Positions 35,651-50,200 of a DNA stretch of 64,000 nucleotides are shown here, in pieces; position 1 is the first letter of the stretch, and the number at the start of each line of letters is the position of its first letter. The DNA comes from Camelus ferus (taxonomy: Eukaryota): the NCBI RefSeq assembly GCF_009834535.1, contig NC_045707.1, positions 57,724,001 through 57,788,000 on the forward strand, in the 5' to 3' direction. The notes under the pieces are model-generated. The model ran no database searches. It saw nothing but the letters and a program-made list of their open reading frames with translations, and was not told where the DNA came from. The position numbers were made by a program, and so were the translations under genes.

Positions 35651-37480
35651 ATCATTCTTTCCAAATTCCAAAAGAAACACTTCCTTATTAAAGAGTTGTA
35701 TGCATCTGGTATACATATATTTGAACAGATGTCTACAAAAGTATACATTTTTGTATACATGGAAAATTTACCATAATTTACCTAAATTTACCCATAATCC
35801 CATTGGCCCAAGATGGCAAATGTTGAGCATATTTATCTTCCTAAGGTATTATTATATATTTCTTACATCTGTATATCCATATATATTTCTTCCTAAGGTA
35901 TTATTTGTGTTTATTAATCTTGCTTTAAAAAATATGGATTTATTACAAGATTGAAACGATTTAAATTTTGCCTTGCCTTTTATCACAAAACATGTTGCTT
36001 CAGCAAAGAATCTTTGAAAATATGATTTTGAATTATGAATAATAATCTGAGTTATAAATGTCACATAATTTATATAACAATAACCAAACTGTAGAGCTGT
36101 AGATAATTTAAGTTGTTTCCAAATTTTGGGTATCATGAAAAAATTGTTTAAATGGGTCTTCGACTTTAAAATGGAGTATCTCCAGCACTCCCTAATGTGT
36201 CCCTGGCCAATGTTTCTTTAAACACTGAAGAAAAGAAAAATTAAAAAACATTAAAAAAGTCACAAACTAAAATTGCTTAACAGAACAAGTCTGATTTAGG
36301 TAGAAATTCTGTTATTTATAATAGATCAAAGTCTACCAGGAAAAAAGAAAAGAAATAACTTACATCGCACCCATTTCCACTCCTTAACTTGGAGATGTGG
36401 GATCTTGTATGTACCAGAAACTGGTCAGGAGCCATACATATTACTGCAAAACTGCATCTTTTGAAAGTATTGACTTGAGCTGGAAATAAGAGAAGAAAAA
36501 TCTCGCTGTTTATCAACCAAGAGCAATCCATATAAGCTGTTCATTAATAAACAGCAAAAATGACATGAAAAGAACCCATGAGACCTATGAAAAAAATACT
36601 GCAAAGACAATATCATTGTGAAAAATGAGAGGAAGAACTGACTGGCTAGTGCAAGCACCTGGTTACAAAATTCAGGAAAAAAATATCAGGAAAGTTTTTG
36701 GTTTTCTATAAAGTATGCAAAAGACATGTTTTTCATAATAGTGTAGAATAATACTGAGAGAAAAAAAGTGACATAAATAGAAAAGAGCATGTGTTTTAAA
36801 AATGGTATAAAGAGGGAATTGGATATGAAATAAATGCAAGGAAACTAAAAATGCATTCACAGAATTATAATCCACAATGACGGAAGTAGAACAAACATGA
36901 ATAACTACTATGGAAGAAAAACCTGAAAACCTCTACAGTTTTGCAGAGCAGGAAGTCAAACAGATGAAGAGATATGAGAAAAAAATGTCACAGGTATAAA
37001 AGAGTAACAATATACATAGAAGTAATATTCCTGAACATAAAACCAGATTAACTAAAACGAAGCATATCAAATAAAAATATACCAGCAATAGAAAAAATAC
37101 CTCTTGAATATTTAGAAAAGGATTCTGTGAAGATTGGAGGATTTCAAAACATCCAAACAAATATCAATGCATAGAGAACCAAGCCTATACACATTTTCAC
37201 ATTATTGAATTTAAAACTTGAAGGAAAATTTGAATAAGCAATCATTCAATATACCTTTAATGGCACCAAGTGTCAACTAGAACCACACTTTTCTTTTGCA
37301 ATACTAAATGTCCAAATAGAGTAAATCAATGTCTACAGTTTTGAAAGCAACTACGACCTCAAATTTCATACTCAGCTAATATATATCAAGTCCTTTTTAC
37401 ATGTTAAACACTACCATAAGTGCTTTACAAGCATTAATTCCATTAGCCTCACACTAATCCAAGGAGAAATTTGAAAAATA

Positions 37481-38163
37481 TGTAGTGCAGAAGTGCTGGG
37501 AAACAAGCTGCTGGAAAACAAGCAACTAGAAAACAAGCTGCACCTAAATTTCCATGAGCTTAAAATATTATATTCACACTTACTTGCTTAAAATGCACAT
37601 GCTTGCTTTGTTTTAATGTTTCATGCAGTACATGACCTATCTCACGTATTGTACAAAAGCAAATTTGTGAGGGGCAATCCTGAGATTGACTGTAAGGGCA
37701 CGAAGGACGGCAAATAGTTCATTAGGGTAAAACAATGGGCGGTCCTGGAAAGCCAGATCATCCATTAACAGAACTTCATTCTGGCATGAAAGCCTGTGGT
37801 TTAACCCAGGAGAAATCTATCTCGAGATGTCCCGGAGGCAATAACAGGATAGACTTAGAAATTTTGCATACCCCGAGGTGGGTGATTGTTCCTGGAAGGG
37901 ATAGGCCTGAAATTAATCAGTTAATCAGCAAGCAGAACTTAGTGCTTATCGAATGGAATATCTAAAGCCCCACCTCTTTGACCACATTTTTTTCTGAACT
38001 GTATACTCCTAATAAATATGATGTCGACCAGGCTTACGGCACTCTAGATCCACAAGATCTTGAGTCCCTTGGTCCCATCTTTGCTCTTTGCTTTGTCTCT
38101 GTTTCTTAAGTCTTGCATCGCCCATCCTCAGACACGGTCCCAAGCTGCGATGGACGCAGCACA
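37481..38163 (+). mobile_element. Solo ERV LTR (~680 bp)
   Basis: TG...CA ends with imperfect terminal inverted repeats (tgtagtgc / gcagcaca), internal aaacaagc repeats, AATAAA at ~38010. Confidence 0.7.
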
Positions 38164-39254
38164 GAATTGTTACATTTACTTAGAGTCACACAGAAATAGA
38201 TGGTATTAGGAGTTGAATTTATACCTACTTGTTCAGGGAAACTGAGATCTTAGCTGTAGTGATACACTGTGAGTAAAAACTTAGAAAATATACAATCCAC
38301 ATACTTTTCAAGAGACAAATTACTTAGAAATTTAAATCAAGCAACCAAGGAATAAAGTGAACATAAGAATTAAATAATAGAGATATTGGCACTGACAGTG
38401 AGGATCATAGTTAATTTGCATATAGAACTATTAAATTGCATTACAAAACTAAAATTTATGGAAAATTTTAATGGAAAATATAGACAAATATAGTTTAAGA
38501 CAATTTTGACACAAATTAAACGATTGAGAAGGCAGAAAAGTTAAGTTCCACACTCTTTAGTAAATATAACTTTCTTTACTTTTTTATCCACCTCAAGTTT
38601 TCTGTAATCTGTATTTTCTGATAATAGATAACATTTTTGATAATTTAATAATGGAATTTTAATTTCAGCCAGAACTTCAAGCTTTCTAGTTAGCAGTTGT
38701 TAGTGAAAAAACTCTGTACAGTTTAGTTGTTTTCTTCCCCCTCTAAAGACACAGTATAGAGGCCAGACTTCAAGCACTATAGCCATTTACTGGACTTTAT
38801 TAGAAAGAAATGAAGGCTTGGAACAGACAGTTGCTAACTTTTGTGCAAATTAGCAAAAGGTGCCTACTCATGGCAAATATATTAGGAAAAGGCACAATGT
38901 CTGATGGATAAATTAGAAAATGCCTCCCCTTTCTTACCTCAGGAGTTATTAGAACAGGCCCCTCCCTCTGGGAAGATGCAGTCCCAAAGATGGGTGTTTG
39001 GCTTGGCAAGAGGCCAGTGCCTTTGTGGAAAGAAAAAGGAGTCATCTTCTGGGGAGAAGTAAACTCTTCAGCATGTTTGATGTCATTTGATTCTTCAATT
39101 TCACTACATGCATAAGGATTTATAATAGGGAAAATTAGAAACAAATCTAATATCCTTTATAAAATGGTTAAATAATTTATGCTATTCACTTCATGGAATA
39201 CTATATAGCATATATAATTTTAACTGCTGAAAAATTTTTAAGAATATAAAAATT

Positions 39255-40770
39255 CTTTTTTCAATTAAAGTATACTTGACTTACAATATTATATTAGTTT
39301 AAGATGTACAACATAGTGATACAACATTTTTATAGATTATACTCCATTTAAAGTTATTATAAAATATTGGCTGTATTCCCTCTGATGTACAATATATCCT
39401 TGTAGCTTATTTATCTTATACATAGTATTTTATACCTCTTAATCCACCCCTTTCCCCACTGGTTACCACTAGTTTGTTTTCTATATCTGTGAGTCTGTTT
39501 CTGTTTTGTTTTTCATTCATTTCTTTTATTTTTCAGATTCCACATATAAATGATAACATACAGTCTTTGTGTTCCTTTGTCTGACTTATTTCAATAAGCA
39601 TAATACCCTCCAGGTCCATTCATGCTGTTGCAAATGGCAAAATTTCATTCATTTTTATGGCTGAGTAATAGTTCAGTGAATGTATAGACCACATCTTCTT
39701 TATCCATTTTTCTTTTGATGGAGACTTAGACTGTTTCCATATCTTGGCAACTGTAAATAATGCTGCTATGAACACTGAGGTGCATGTATCTTTTTTCAAA
39801 TTAGTGTTTTCATTTTCTTTGGCTGTATACCCAACAGTGGAATTGCTGGATCATATGGTAGTTCTGTTTTTAGTTTTTTGAGGAAACTCCATAGTATTTT
39901 CCATAGTGGTTGCACCAATTTATTCCCACCAACAGGATACTAGGATCCCTTTTCCTCGTATCTTCACCAACGATTGTTATTTGTAGACTTTTTGATGATA
40001 GCCATTCTGACAAGTGTGAGGTAATATTTTGATTTTGATTTGCATTTCTCTGATGATCAGAGATTTTGAGCATTTTTTCATGTGCCTGTTAACCATTTGT
40101 ATTTGTACCTTGAAATATGTCTATTCAGGTCTTCTGCCCATTTTTTCCATTGGGTTGTTTGGTTTTTTTTTTGTTTTTTTTTGATATTGAGTTGTATAAG
40201 CTGTTTATATATTTTAGACATCAATCCCTTATCGGTCATATCATTTGCAAATACTTTCTCCCATTCAGTAGATTGTCTTTTTGTTTCATTGATGGTTTCC
40301 TTTGCTGTGCAAACGCTTTTTTAAGTTTAATTAAGTCTTATTTGTTTATTTTTGCTTTTGTTTCCTTTGCCTTAGAAGACAGATTTTAAAAATTGCTACA
40401 ATTTTTATCAAAGAATATTCTGCCTAAGTTTTCTTCTAGGAATTTTATGGTTTCTGATCTTACATTTAGGTCTTTAATCCATTCTGAGTTTATTTTTGTA
40501 TGTGTTGTGAGAAAATATTCTAATTTTATTCTTTCACATGTAGCTGTACCACTTATTGAACAGACTACCTTTTCTCTATTGCCTCCTTTGTCATAGATTA
40601 ATTGACCATAGATGTGTGGGTTTATTTCTTGGCTGTTTATTCTGTTCCATTGATCTATGTGTGTTTTTTTGCCTACCATACTGTTTTGATTACTGCAGCT
40701 TTGTAGTATAGTCTGAGATAAAGGCTAACTCCATCTTTGTTCTTTCTTCTCAAGACTGCTTTCACTAAAA
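39255..40770 (-). mobile_element. LINE-1 3' portion (ORF2 C-terminus + 3' UTR), degenerate
   Basis: Minus-strand ORFs give HIDQWNRI...EINPHIYGQLIYDKG and KINSEWIKDLNVRSETIKFLEEN, typical of L1 ORF2. Confidence 0.92.
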
Positions 40771-41087
40771 ATTCTTAAAGAAATTATAAATTATGTTCAG
40801 TTTAATCCCAGATCAGGAGAGATGGGGAGAAGAGCAATAATAAATAAACAAAATGACAGTAGAAATTATTTATGTGAAGTTTTATACTATTTTTCTCCTA
40901 CAAACAATACGTACAAGTTTGTTTTTAACTCTTCTCCCTTCCAACATGACAGTAAACAGCTAACACTCTTTATTGATTTAATGAGCTAAAAATCACATCT
41001 TGTAGTTTTAAAGAAAATTTCTAAGCCTATAAAGAAATATGGACATACGTATATGTAAACCTATATGTATATGTATATGTATACAGA

Positions 41088-41113
41088 ACACACACACACA
41101 CACACACACACAC
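41088..41113. repeat. (CA)n microsatellite
   Basis: Direct reading. Confidence 0.9.
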
Positions 41114-41777
41114 TAAATTTGACAGTTGTCATTTACCGAGATGGAGAAGACTCTTCAAGGAAATGATTTAGGAAACTGAGGCAGGAGAGGAACAAAAGCT
41201 AATATAAGTGAGATTGGTAGAGAGCAGGCCATAGCTTACCCAAAACACAGATATATCTGAAAAGGCCAAATGGAACCACTGCATTTTGGACTAGTCCATG
41301 AGGGTGAGGAGTGACAGTGAGCAATTTACCTGCTGGTTCCTGGACCTGTCATTCATTGTTCAGGGTTCACCTCACAGGGTTTTAATTCCTCCTTTTTTCC
41401 AGGCTGCATTACTCAGTTCATCTGGGTAATCAGGGAGCATGGTGCCTCTTCCGGGCTCAGAAGTGGTAGAAGAAGCCAGAGTCACTATGGCAGGCATGGA
41501 GGAGGGATGCAGTCCTTCCTCCCCAGAAGACTGAGACAGTGGTCGAAGTAAGGCATGGAGGCCAATGGCTTAGTCTGGGCCTGTTGCTCATGTGCTGTTC
41601 CTGTCTAGCTGCCTCAGGCTGCCTGGGAGAAGCAACTACCAAGACGATGGGAGCAGGATCAGCACCACAGCTGCAGAAACATTAGCATGTGTCTGAGTGA
41701 ATCTGGGCATGAGTACATTGGGAGCAGCACACATGCTGAGTCCAATTTATTAACTGATAATCACCTTTCAACCCATT

Positions 41778-42141
41778 TGCAATGGTTTGAATGTTTATAT
41801 CCCCTCAAAATTCATATGTTGAAATCCTAACCCTCTGTATGGTGCTACTAGGAGGTGGGCTCGTTCAGAGGTGAGTAGGACATAAGGGTGGAGCCCCCAT
41901 GAAAGGGATTAGTGCCCTTATAGAAGAGACCCCTGAGAGTTCCCTCGCGCCTTCTGACCTGACAGGACACAGAAGAATATTTGTCTTTGACTGAGGAAGC
42001 AGACCCTCACCAGACACCAAATCCACTGGCACCTTGATTTTGGACTCCCCAGCCTCTAGAACTGTAAGAAATAAATAACTGTTGTTTATAAGATGCCTAG
42101 TTTATGCTATTTCATTATAGCAGCCCAAACTGACTGAGACA
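41778..42141 (+). mobile_element. MaLR solo LTR (MLT1-like)
   Basis: tgcaatggtttgaatg...ccctcaaaattcatatgttgaaatcctaacc...ccagcctctagaactgtaagaaataaat...agcagccc...gaca. Confidence 0.85.
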
Positions 42142-43419
42142 CCTCTTCATTAGGGATTTTGTTCATAATAAGAAACACTGATGAACTCTATTTCTATAAA
42201 TCAAATGACTCTTCATCAGCATTTGACAGATCGTAACTCCAATCCTTTGTATAACCTTCTATTTCCCTGGCTTCTATGACCCCTATTAAAGCTCTGGGCT
42301 TTACTCCAAATTCTAGGACTATTCTTTCTCAGCCTCCTTTCCTGACTGTTCTTTTCTATATGATCCCTAAATGTTAGAGGGCTTCAGGACTTAACCTTGG
42401 ATCCTATTTCCCTCTCACTGTACTCTCACCCTAGCTAACTTAATTCATTCTCATAGTATTACACTCTTTATATGTTAACAAATCCTAAATATATTTCCAA
42501 CAGAGATGTCTCTTCTTGGAACCAGACCAACAGAAATAGCCACATACTAATAAAATTCACTTAGTTGTCAAAATTGTCCATATCAAAATGCCCGGAATTG
42601 GATTCAATATATTCCCCATCACCCAAAAATGCTCCTCCATCCACCCAGTGGCTTATCAAATTCAGAGACATTCTCAAAACAATTTTCTGTACTATAGTGA
42701 TTACCAATATTGGACTTTACCTCCAAATATACTTTGTATCCTACAGCCGCATCCATCTGCACTGTCACTACCACGTCTTACCTAAGCTACAGCAACAGCA
42801 TCTAACTAGTCTCTTTTGGCTTATTTAGCTCCCCAGCCCATCTCATCGTCATCCTGTACTACACTCATTTTTCAAGATGCACAAAAACATTCCCTGGCAT
42901 GTTCTGATCCTTTCCTCCCACAACCCCTTAGCACATGCTGTCCCCTCGGCTGGGAAATGTTTAACTGTTTAGCTCACACTCATCCTTCAGGTCTCAACCC
43001 ACACATCCCTGACTTCAGGGGTCTCGCCTTACTTTCCACCCAAACCAAATTGGGTTTTTCTGTGACTTTCTCATAGCAATCTCTACTCTTCCTTTACAGC
43101 ACTTACCAGAATTTAGAATTGCTTATTTATATTGCTGTATACTTATTTTATAACTAACTTAAGCATGGGGAATATGTGATACATACATAGTTCAAAAATC
43201 AAAAGATACGTTATTATACATTCACAAATTCATATCCCAGTCTCCATCTACCCTGAGCCACCTCCACCATTTATTTGTGCCATTTTACTACTTTATTGTT
43301 AAATCTTCCTACATAAATAAAAGTAAATGTGATTATATTTTCTTATTTTGCCCATTTTTTTTACAAAATGCCATTTTACATATGTCATTCTATATTTTAT
43401 TTCATTAAAAAATATATTC

Positions 43420-44090
43420 TAGGTTCATTCATGTTGCTGCAAATGGCATTATTTCACTCTTTTTATGGCTGAGTAATATTCCATTATATATATGCATTTT
43501 ATCTCTCTCTCTCTCTCTCTCTCAACTGCTTTATTCAATCATTTTTCAATGAACATTTATGTTGCTTTAATGTCTTGGCTATTGTAAATACTGCTGCTAT
43601 GAACACTGGGGTGCATGTATTCAAATTAGAGTTTTCTCCAGATATATCTTACTGCACTTAGTATGATAATCTCTAGGTCCAGGAGCGGGATTAAAGTAAC
43701 ATGATGGACCTAGAGATTATCATACTAAGTGCAGTAAGTCAGAAGGAGAAAAACAAATACCATACGATACCACTTAATATGTGGAAGCTAAAAAAAAAAA
43801 ATTACACAAATGAACTTATTTACAAAACAGAAAGACTCACAGACATAGAAAACAAACTTATAGTTACCAAAGGGGAAACGTGGGGAGGGATAAATTAGGA
43901 GTTTGGGATTAGCTGATACAAACTATTATATGTAAAATAAACAACAAGGTCTATGTATAGCACAGGGAACTATATTCAATAGCTTGTAATAACCTGCAAT
44001 GAAAAAGAATATATATATATATAAAACTGAATCACTATGCCGTACACCAGAAACTAACACATAATAAATCAACTATACTTCAATTAAAAA
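43420..44090. mobile_element. L1 3' end with 5' inversion (minus piece 43420-43681, plus piece 43700-44090)
   Basis: MDLEIIILSAVSQKEKNKYH ORF2 C-terminus plus 3' UTR on +; adjacent L1 sequence in reverse on its left. Confidence 0.8.
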
Positions 44091-46021
44091 TATCTCTCTC
44101 CATATATAGAGATCATTCCACACCAACACATACATTTCTTTTTCATTCTCTGTTTGCAGTTTCATAGTATCACATTACATGGATTAATATAATGTATTCA
44201 GTTCTTGTTGGTTCCAGTCTTTTGTATTGCAAATAACATAATGAATAACATTGTATAACTGCTTTTTTGTGTTTGTGCAGTTGCTTGTCTAGGGTATACA
44301 TATCCTAGATAACTTGGTCAAACCAAAACTCATTTCTAAATTGTAGCAGACATTGACAAAGTCTCAGAATTTCTATCTGTGTCATTGTCAATGATATGTG
44401 AAAGTGCCTGTTTCCTCAGAGCCTTAAAAAGAAAAGTATAATTACACTTCTGAATTGTTACCAATCTGGTAGGTGAGAAATTGCATTTTAGTGTAGACTG
44501 AATGTGAAATGCTTTTATTATAAGTGTGCTCAGTTATCGTTTCATTTTTAAAGGGACCACTAGCAGTATTCCTTTTTCTTTGAACTATCGTACAAATTGT
44601 TGGCCCATTTTTCTATCAGGTTAATATTTTGTGTGTGTGCGTGTGTGTGTGTTTAGGAGGTCTTTATATATAGGAAGATTAAGCTTTATCAGTGAAACAC
44701 TGCAAATATTATGCTTTGGTTTCAGAGTTTTCTTTTGACTTATGACACTTTTTGTCTTGCTGCACTTGTCTGTCTGCAATTTTCTTGTTAGATTTACTAG
44801 TCTTTTCTTTTGGGCTTCTGTATATTGAGTCAGAATTAGTCTCTCCACCACTGGTGCTCTCCCGAAATTGTAATGAATTTCTCTGATATTTTCTTTTAGA
44901 ACTTGTACCCACTTTTGGTTTCATTCTGTGTTTTTTTAAACACTTGAACCTCTGATTCATTTAGAATTTATTTTGAGGTTAATGGATTAAGAATCCAAAT
45001 ATCTCTTTACTCAGATTACTATCCAGTTGTCCCAACACCATTTATGGAAAGCCCACTTGTACCCCTCTGCTGATTTGATGACCACGTTTATCACACACTA
45101 CATTCCAAAGGATTTGGGGTCTCCTTCTGGACTTTCTCACAGGTGTGCTTATTTATCCGGTGTTGACTTTCTTACTAGACTCTAAGGTGCGTTAGGGTGA
45201 GCCCTTTGTCAGTCTGGTGTTGCCCTCAATCTCAGAGTTTAGAACAGCACCTGGTACACAGTAAGTGCTCAATACAAATTTGTTCTATTTGAGACTGTGT
45301 ACGAAGTTCTAGAAAAATGTTTCCCTTTTTCCCACATACAGGTTTAAAGATGACAATATTTTAATATAATAACAGATATTTAACAGACCATGAAAATAAA
45401 GAAATGAGTGGTAGACAATATAACATTATGTGCCTCATTTGTGAAGTACCTACAGTTTCTCTTGAGCAAAATGTTAATTTATTTTAATGAAAAACATTTG
45501 ATTTAATCTATACATTAACAGGAATCAAAAAATGTTGAAATGGTAACACCTAGAGAGAACATTTAGGAGTGTTATTAAGCACAAATAAGATAAAATCAAT
45601 TTTTATATACAGTGGACACTGGGACTTTGCAGATGTAATGTTCACTCCATTCTTTCATCTATTTCCAAGTAACCCTGGAGGTCCCAAAATATCTAATCTG
45701 TTGCAATTTTTCTGGGTAGTATGATTTTGAAATGGAAGTAAATCTACTTATCTCAGTCTAGTCCATCGACATCTGCTTTTCAACGCAACTTTACTGTTCT
45801 CTCCTTGATGTCTGACTTCATTTGCTCCTCACAACAATCATACCAAGTGGGGCATTCTCTCCTTTTTACAGCTGAGGAAAATCAGATAATTAGATATAGT
45901 AAGTGGTAAAGAATTGGGGGATTTGCAACGATCTCAGGATACATTCCTTGCAAATGTCAATAATCTACTGTGTTTTAAAAATGCAGCATTCCATTGTAGG
46001 ATTATTAATAATTCAAATAAT

Positions 46022-46027
46022 TTTATT
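46022..46027 (-). terminator. Candidate OTOGL polyadenylation signal (AATAAA)
   Basis: tttatt on the + strand ~1 kb past the stop codon; other candidates exist (ATTAAA ~46175, AATAAA 45478). Confidence 0.3.
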
Positions 46028-47008
46028 TCATTCTTCATTGACAAAACAGCAGCATAAACAGCAAAATAGGCTTCAACTTCAGTGGTACGCAAATACATCT
46101 CAAAACTCAGATGTCCATGAGATAGTAAAGAGGTAACTACATGTTAAGTAATAACAACATTATTTTAAAACAGTTTTAATGGTATAAAAAATAGAAGCCC
46201 AAGATCGCTCTCCTCTGTTTAGCAACTGATGCTACGTTTCCCCGTTGCTTACCATTAGCATAACTATTATGTGTATGTATATATGTATGTATCTGTGGCA
46301 TTTTTTTTCTTTTTTTAAAAGGCATTGAATTTAAAATTCTTAATTTTAGGTAAAGCAAACTCTTAAAAGAATAAGAGGTTCTGTGATACACACCTTACTA
46401 AAACATTCAAAAGAAAAAAACATCGGGACTGAAATATAAAATATGTAGACTTCACCCAGCTGTTACCATGAATTCACCATACTGTTACACTAAATGAATT
46501 TGTACAAGTCACATAGCTTCTCTGGTTATCTGATACACTTGCAAACTAAAGGGAATTTGCAATAACATCCCCAATACCCATTCCGACTTTAAATATGCTA
46601 AAATCCTATAGTTATATGAGCTGTGTCTAAGCATACCATTCTCTATGACCATCCAGATGCCAGTATTAACTGATAACATTTACCAGAATAAACAGTAGCA
46701 ATAAAAGAGTATCTTAATTTGGATAGCTATGATAGACTTTGCAAATCACAAAAATAACTATGGAGTGAAACTGAAAGAATCCTGCAAAACAACCTGCTAA
46801 TAGATGAAAATACAATAAATCAATAAATCTAATTTTTTCATGGAAATTGTATATATTTTGTAGCAAGTATTAAATTGCCATACCCAATAGCCTGAAAAAT
46901 AACATTATTATTAAACAGTATAAATCTGCCCAATGTCTTAAAAATAGTGATAAAAGTTAACTCCATTTGACATTATGACGTTGCAGAGAGCTCTTGGATT
47001 CCAAGCAT

Positions 47009-47209
47009 TTAACTCCACTGGCACGTGCAGTCTATGGGTTCCTGGAGAGTGTACAGGACTTCAGTGCCATTGCCGGAGCAGTAGAGAGGCACAGTCAAGT
47101 TGCGCACTCCATTTTCACGACAACACTTGCAGAATCTTAGATGGCTCTCGATATTGATGTTATATATGGTAGCTGATGGGCATTTTCCATCACAAGATGC
47201 AACATTTAT
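47009..47209 (-). CDS. OTOGL: OTOGL last coding exon (cystine knot, stop TAA)
   Basis: ccttacag|ATAAAT...; 201 nt; phase 0. Confidence 0.96.
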   Translation of the reverse strand: MNVASCDGKCPSATIYNINIESHLRFCKCCRENGVRNLTVPLYCSGNGTEVLYTLQEPIDCTCQWS

Positions 47210-50200
47210 CTGTAAGGAGAGACAACGAGAAAAATGTCTTAAAATGTTTAAAACAGTGGTATTGATTCCACTAAGACTGCATATTGATTGCCCAAGATGG
47301 CAATATGACATAACTCAAAGTATAAATGTACACATATAACTAGACAGGTATGACAGGAAAATGGAATATATTCATCACAATCCAATGATTCTATTGTAAC
47401 CTGTATTATATCATGATCAATTAAACTATAGAATCAAATAAGTCTTATGAAAGTGGGCAAAGTTAGAACCAGGACTATTTATGCTGATTAAAATTGCACA
47501 GCTAAAACATTATGTGATCATATATACTTAGGTTTAATTTCCATCTCTTTAGATTGTAATAATCAACAGTATGATTATTTATGCCAAGAATAATTCACAC
47601 TTCTTCACAAACAGAATATTTTAATATTAGAATGTAGGAATAATCTCAAAGTTAAATATTTTAAGTGTTGGCATTTTGTTGGCTTACAAACTTATTAGTG
47701 CCGTGACGTGTACACTTCTGAAAAGACACACATCCTTTATGTAATAAGTGATATTTTTCCACTTACAGAGCTTTGACTTATACAATCCTGTCTCCTTATG
47801 ACTGATTTAATAATCACTTTCTGGCATATTCTTTCTTCTCGTTTGCCTGATAAAATATAGAATGTATTTATTCATCAAAAGGCCCAGGTCAAATTGTTTC
47901 TTAATTCAATGAAACATATGAATATATTTAAAATTGGAAACTGATATAGTTACATAAAATATATTCCTATAATAAGAGATATTTAAAATTTCACTCTTAC
48001 ATAGTTTATTTTGAATATTTTTAACTTCTAAACAGATTTTCTCAACTATTTTCTAGCTTTATACTTACCTCTTTATCTTATTGCTTTAGAATAATTATCA
48101 TAATCATAAATCAAACACATTCCACAGATGCAGTAATGCTAACAATCTATGTGTGGTATATATGTATTATTATAATTTAATATAATATATACAAAATCAA
48201 CCATGGTATATAGGTAAATATACGTTCTAATAATGAAGGCATACCTACATATGTAAATCTATCTTAAAACATAATCTGATAGATTAAAAATCACATTATG
48301 TTAATGGATATTAATGTAAAGTTATGCACGAATGTAACTGAATTATAATCAACCATGTTGGAATGTATGGATGAGTCTTATACTGGATTTTATGGCTCTG
48401 AAATGATCTCATAATTTGTAATGAAAACACTTTTTATCAAGTAATGATATATTTGTGTGCATGATGGATTATCACTTGATAATACACCCAACAATATATA
48501 TTTCATGGTGTATGATAGTGGATGTATTCCCTGAATCAGAATGCAAAAGAATCAAGGTTCTCATCTCACTCTGTGGCTAATATGCTTTGTCACTTGAGAA
48601 AGCACTGACTCATTCCGCTGAGTTTCCTTGTTTGCAAAAGACTGGAATTCAAGCTCCAGTCTTCAAATGAATTTAGCCACAAAATCTTTATTTACACTAA
48701 ATTCTTGTACGAAATCCCAACATGTAAAATATATAAAAGTTAAGCTATTCTGGTTGAAACAGAGGTGGGTAGCAAAGATCGCCTGAAGCCAAACTGTTTT
48801 GTCAAGGTCACCCATGACCTTCAATTGCTACATTCAAAGGTCACATGTCAAGTCTCATTCTACACGACTTCTCAGCTGCATTTGATCCAGTCCATCACTC
48901 TCTCCTCCTGGATCCACTTTCCACTCTTGGCTTCCAGAGCACACTCTGGTTTCCCCCCATCTCACTTGTGGCTCCTCCTCAGTCTCCTGTGCTTGCTCTT
49001 TCTCCTTTCCCAACCACCCAACTCCCGCATGGCCTGAGGCTCAGTGCTGGTGGCAAATGGCAGGCTGTTCAGTGCTTTATGATGCTTTCATCCAGGGGTT
49101 ACTTCATTGGCCCTTCTAGTCTCATGTATGTTTAAAAGGATAGAAGAATCAAGAAAGAAACCATCTTTAACATGACGGATAAGGTCCTTATCCTCTTCTT
49201 TCTATCACCTTCATCCTATTCTATGGCTACACTTCACCATTTCCTCCATTTTGAACACTCCTCGCTCTTCCTGGCTGCTTCCCAAGGACATTCAATCTCT
49301 ACTCAAATGGCACCTCATCACAGAGGCATTCTCTAACCATTCACCTTAAATTAGCAACCTAACTCCCCTTTCTCTCCATCCCTTTAATTGTGCACTGTTG
49401 TTCTTTATACCACTCATCACTACCTGACATAAAAGCATATATTTACCATTACTGTTTCTTCCCCTGCTTGATAACATGCACTACGCGTGCACATATTGTT
49501 CCATTCTCTGTCACAGTCCCAGTGCCTAAAAGGGTGTCTGGCACATGAAAGGCACTCAAAAAAAAATGTGTTTACATTAATTCATTCAATGAATGAAACT
49601 GGGGCAGCATAACTTTATTGTTAGTTGGCTGAATCTGTCTGTGCCAAGAGGCGCTTCCTATTGATTCCTCAGAGACTTTACTGTAACACATTCTGTTTAG
49701 CACAGCACCTGTGATAATAATACAACATCCCCAGCCTCTCTGCTGCAGCCTGGTCACCCGAAAGCAAAGACCACAGACAGGGGTTCTCTGAAGCCAAAGC
49801 AGAAACTACTTCACAAATCCTTACATGTCAGATGAGAGAAAATGAAGTGGCTTGTTAGCATTCGGCAACTTCAAAGAGCTTGGCAAAATTGAAAGATCCC
49901 GGGGCCAAGTGCCAGAAAGGCTGAAATCAGTGTGGTCCACTTTTCTGAACCTTCATTTCCTCCTCCACAGGGGAAACTACACCCGCCTCGCCACCCACCG
50001 CCCAGAACTGTGGGGAAGATTAGTTGAGGTGCAGTCTGCAATGGGGTTAACAGAGCATTGACGTGTGGCAGACAGTCAACGGTAGGAATATGGTCAGTTG
50101 CATAGTTCTGCCTGTTTGCCCTCAGATAACAGAAATATACTCACTTCTCCAATAACTAACATGGGGTTACAGAATCCAAGGTCTTAATATTGCAATATGA

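Noticed and set aside
33712..47009. OTOGL and the FN3-CTLD ORF as one fused protein
   Set aside because: OTOGL ends with a normal cystine knot and stop codon, and the downstream ORF has its own CpG island and ATG leader.
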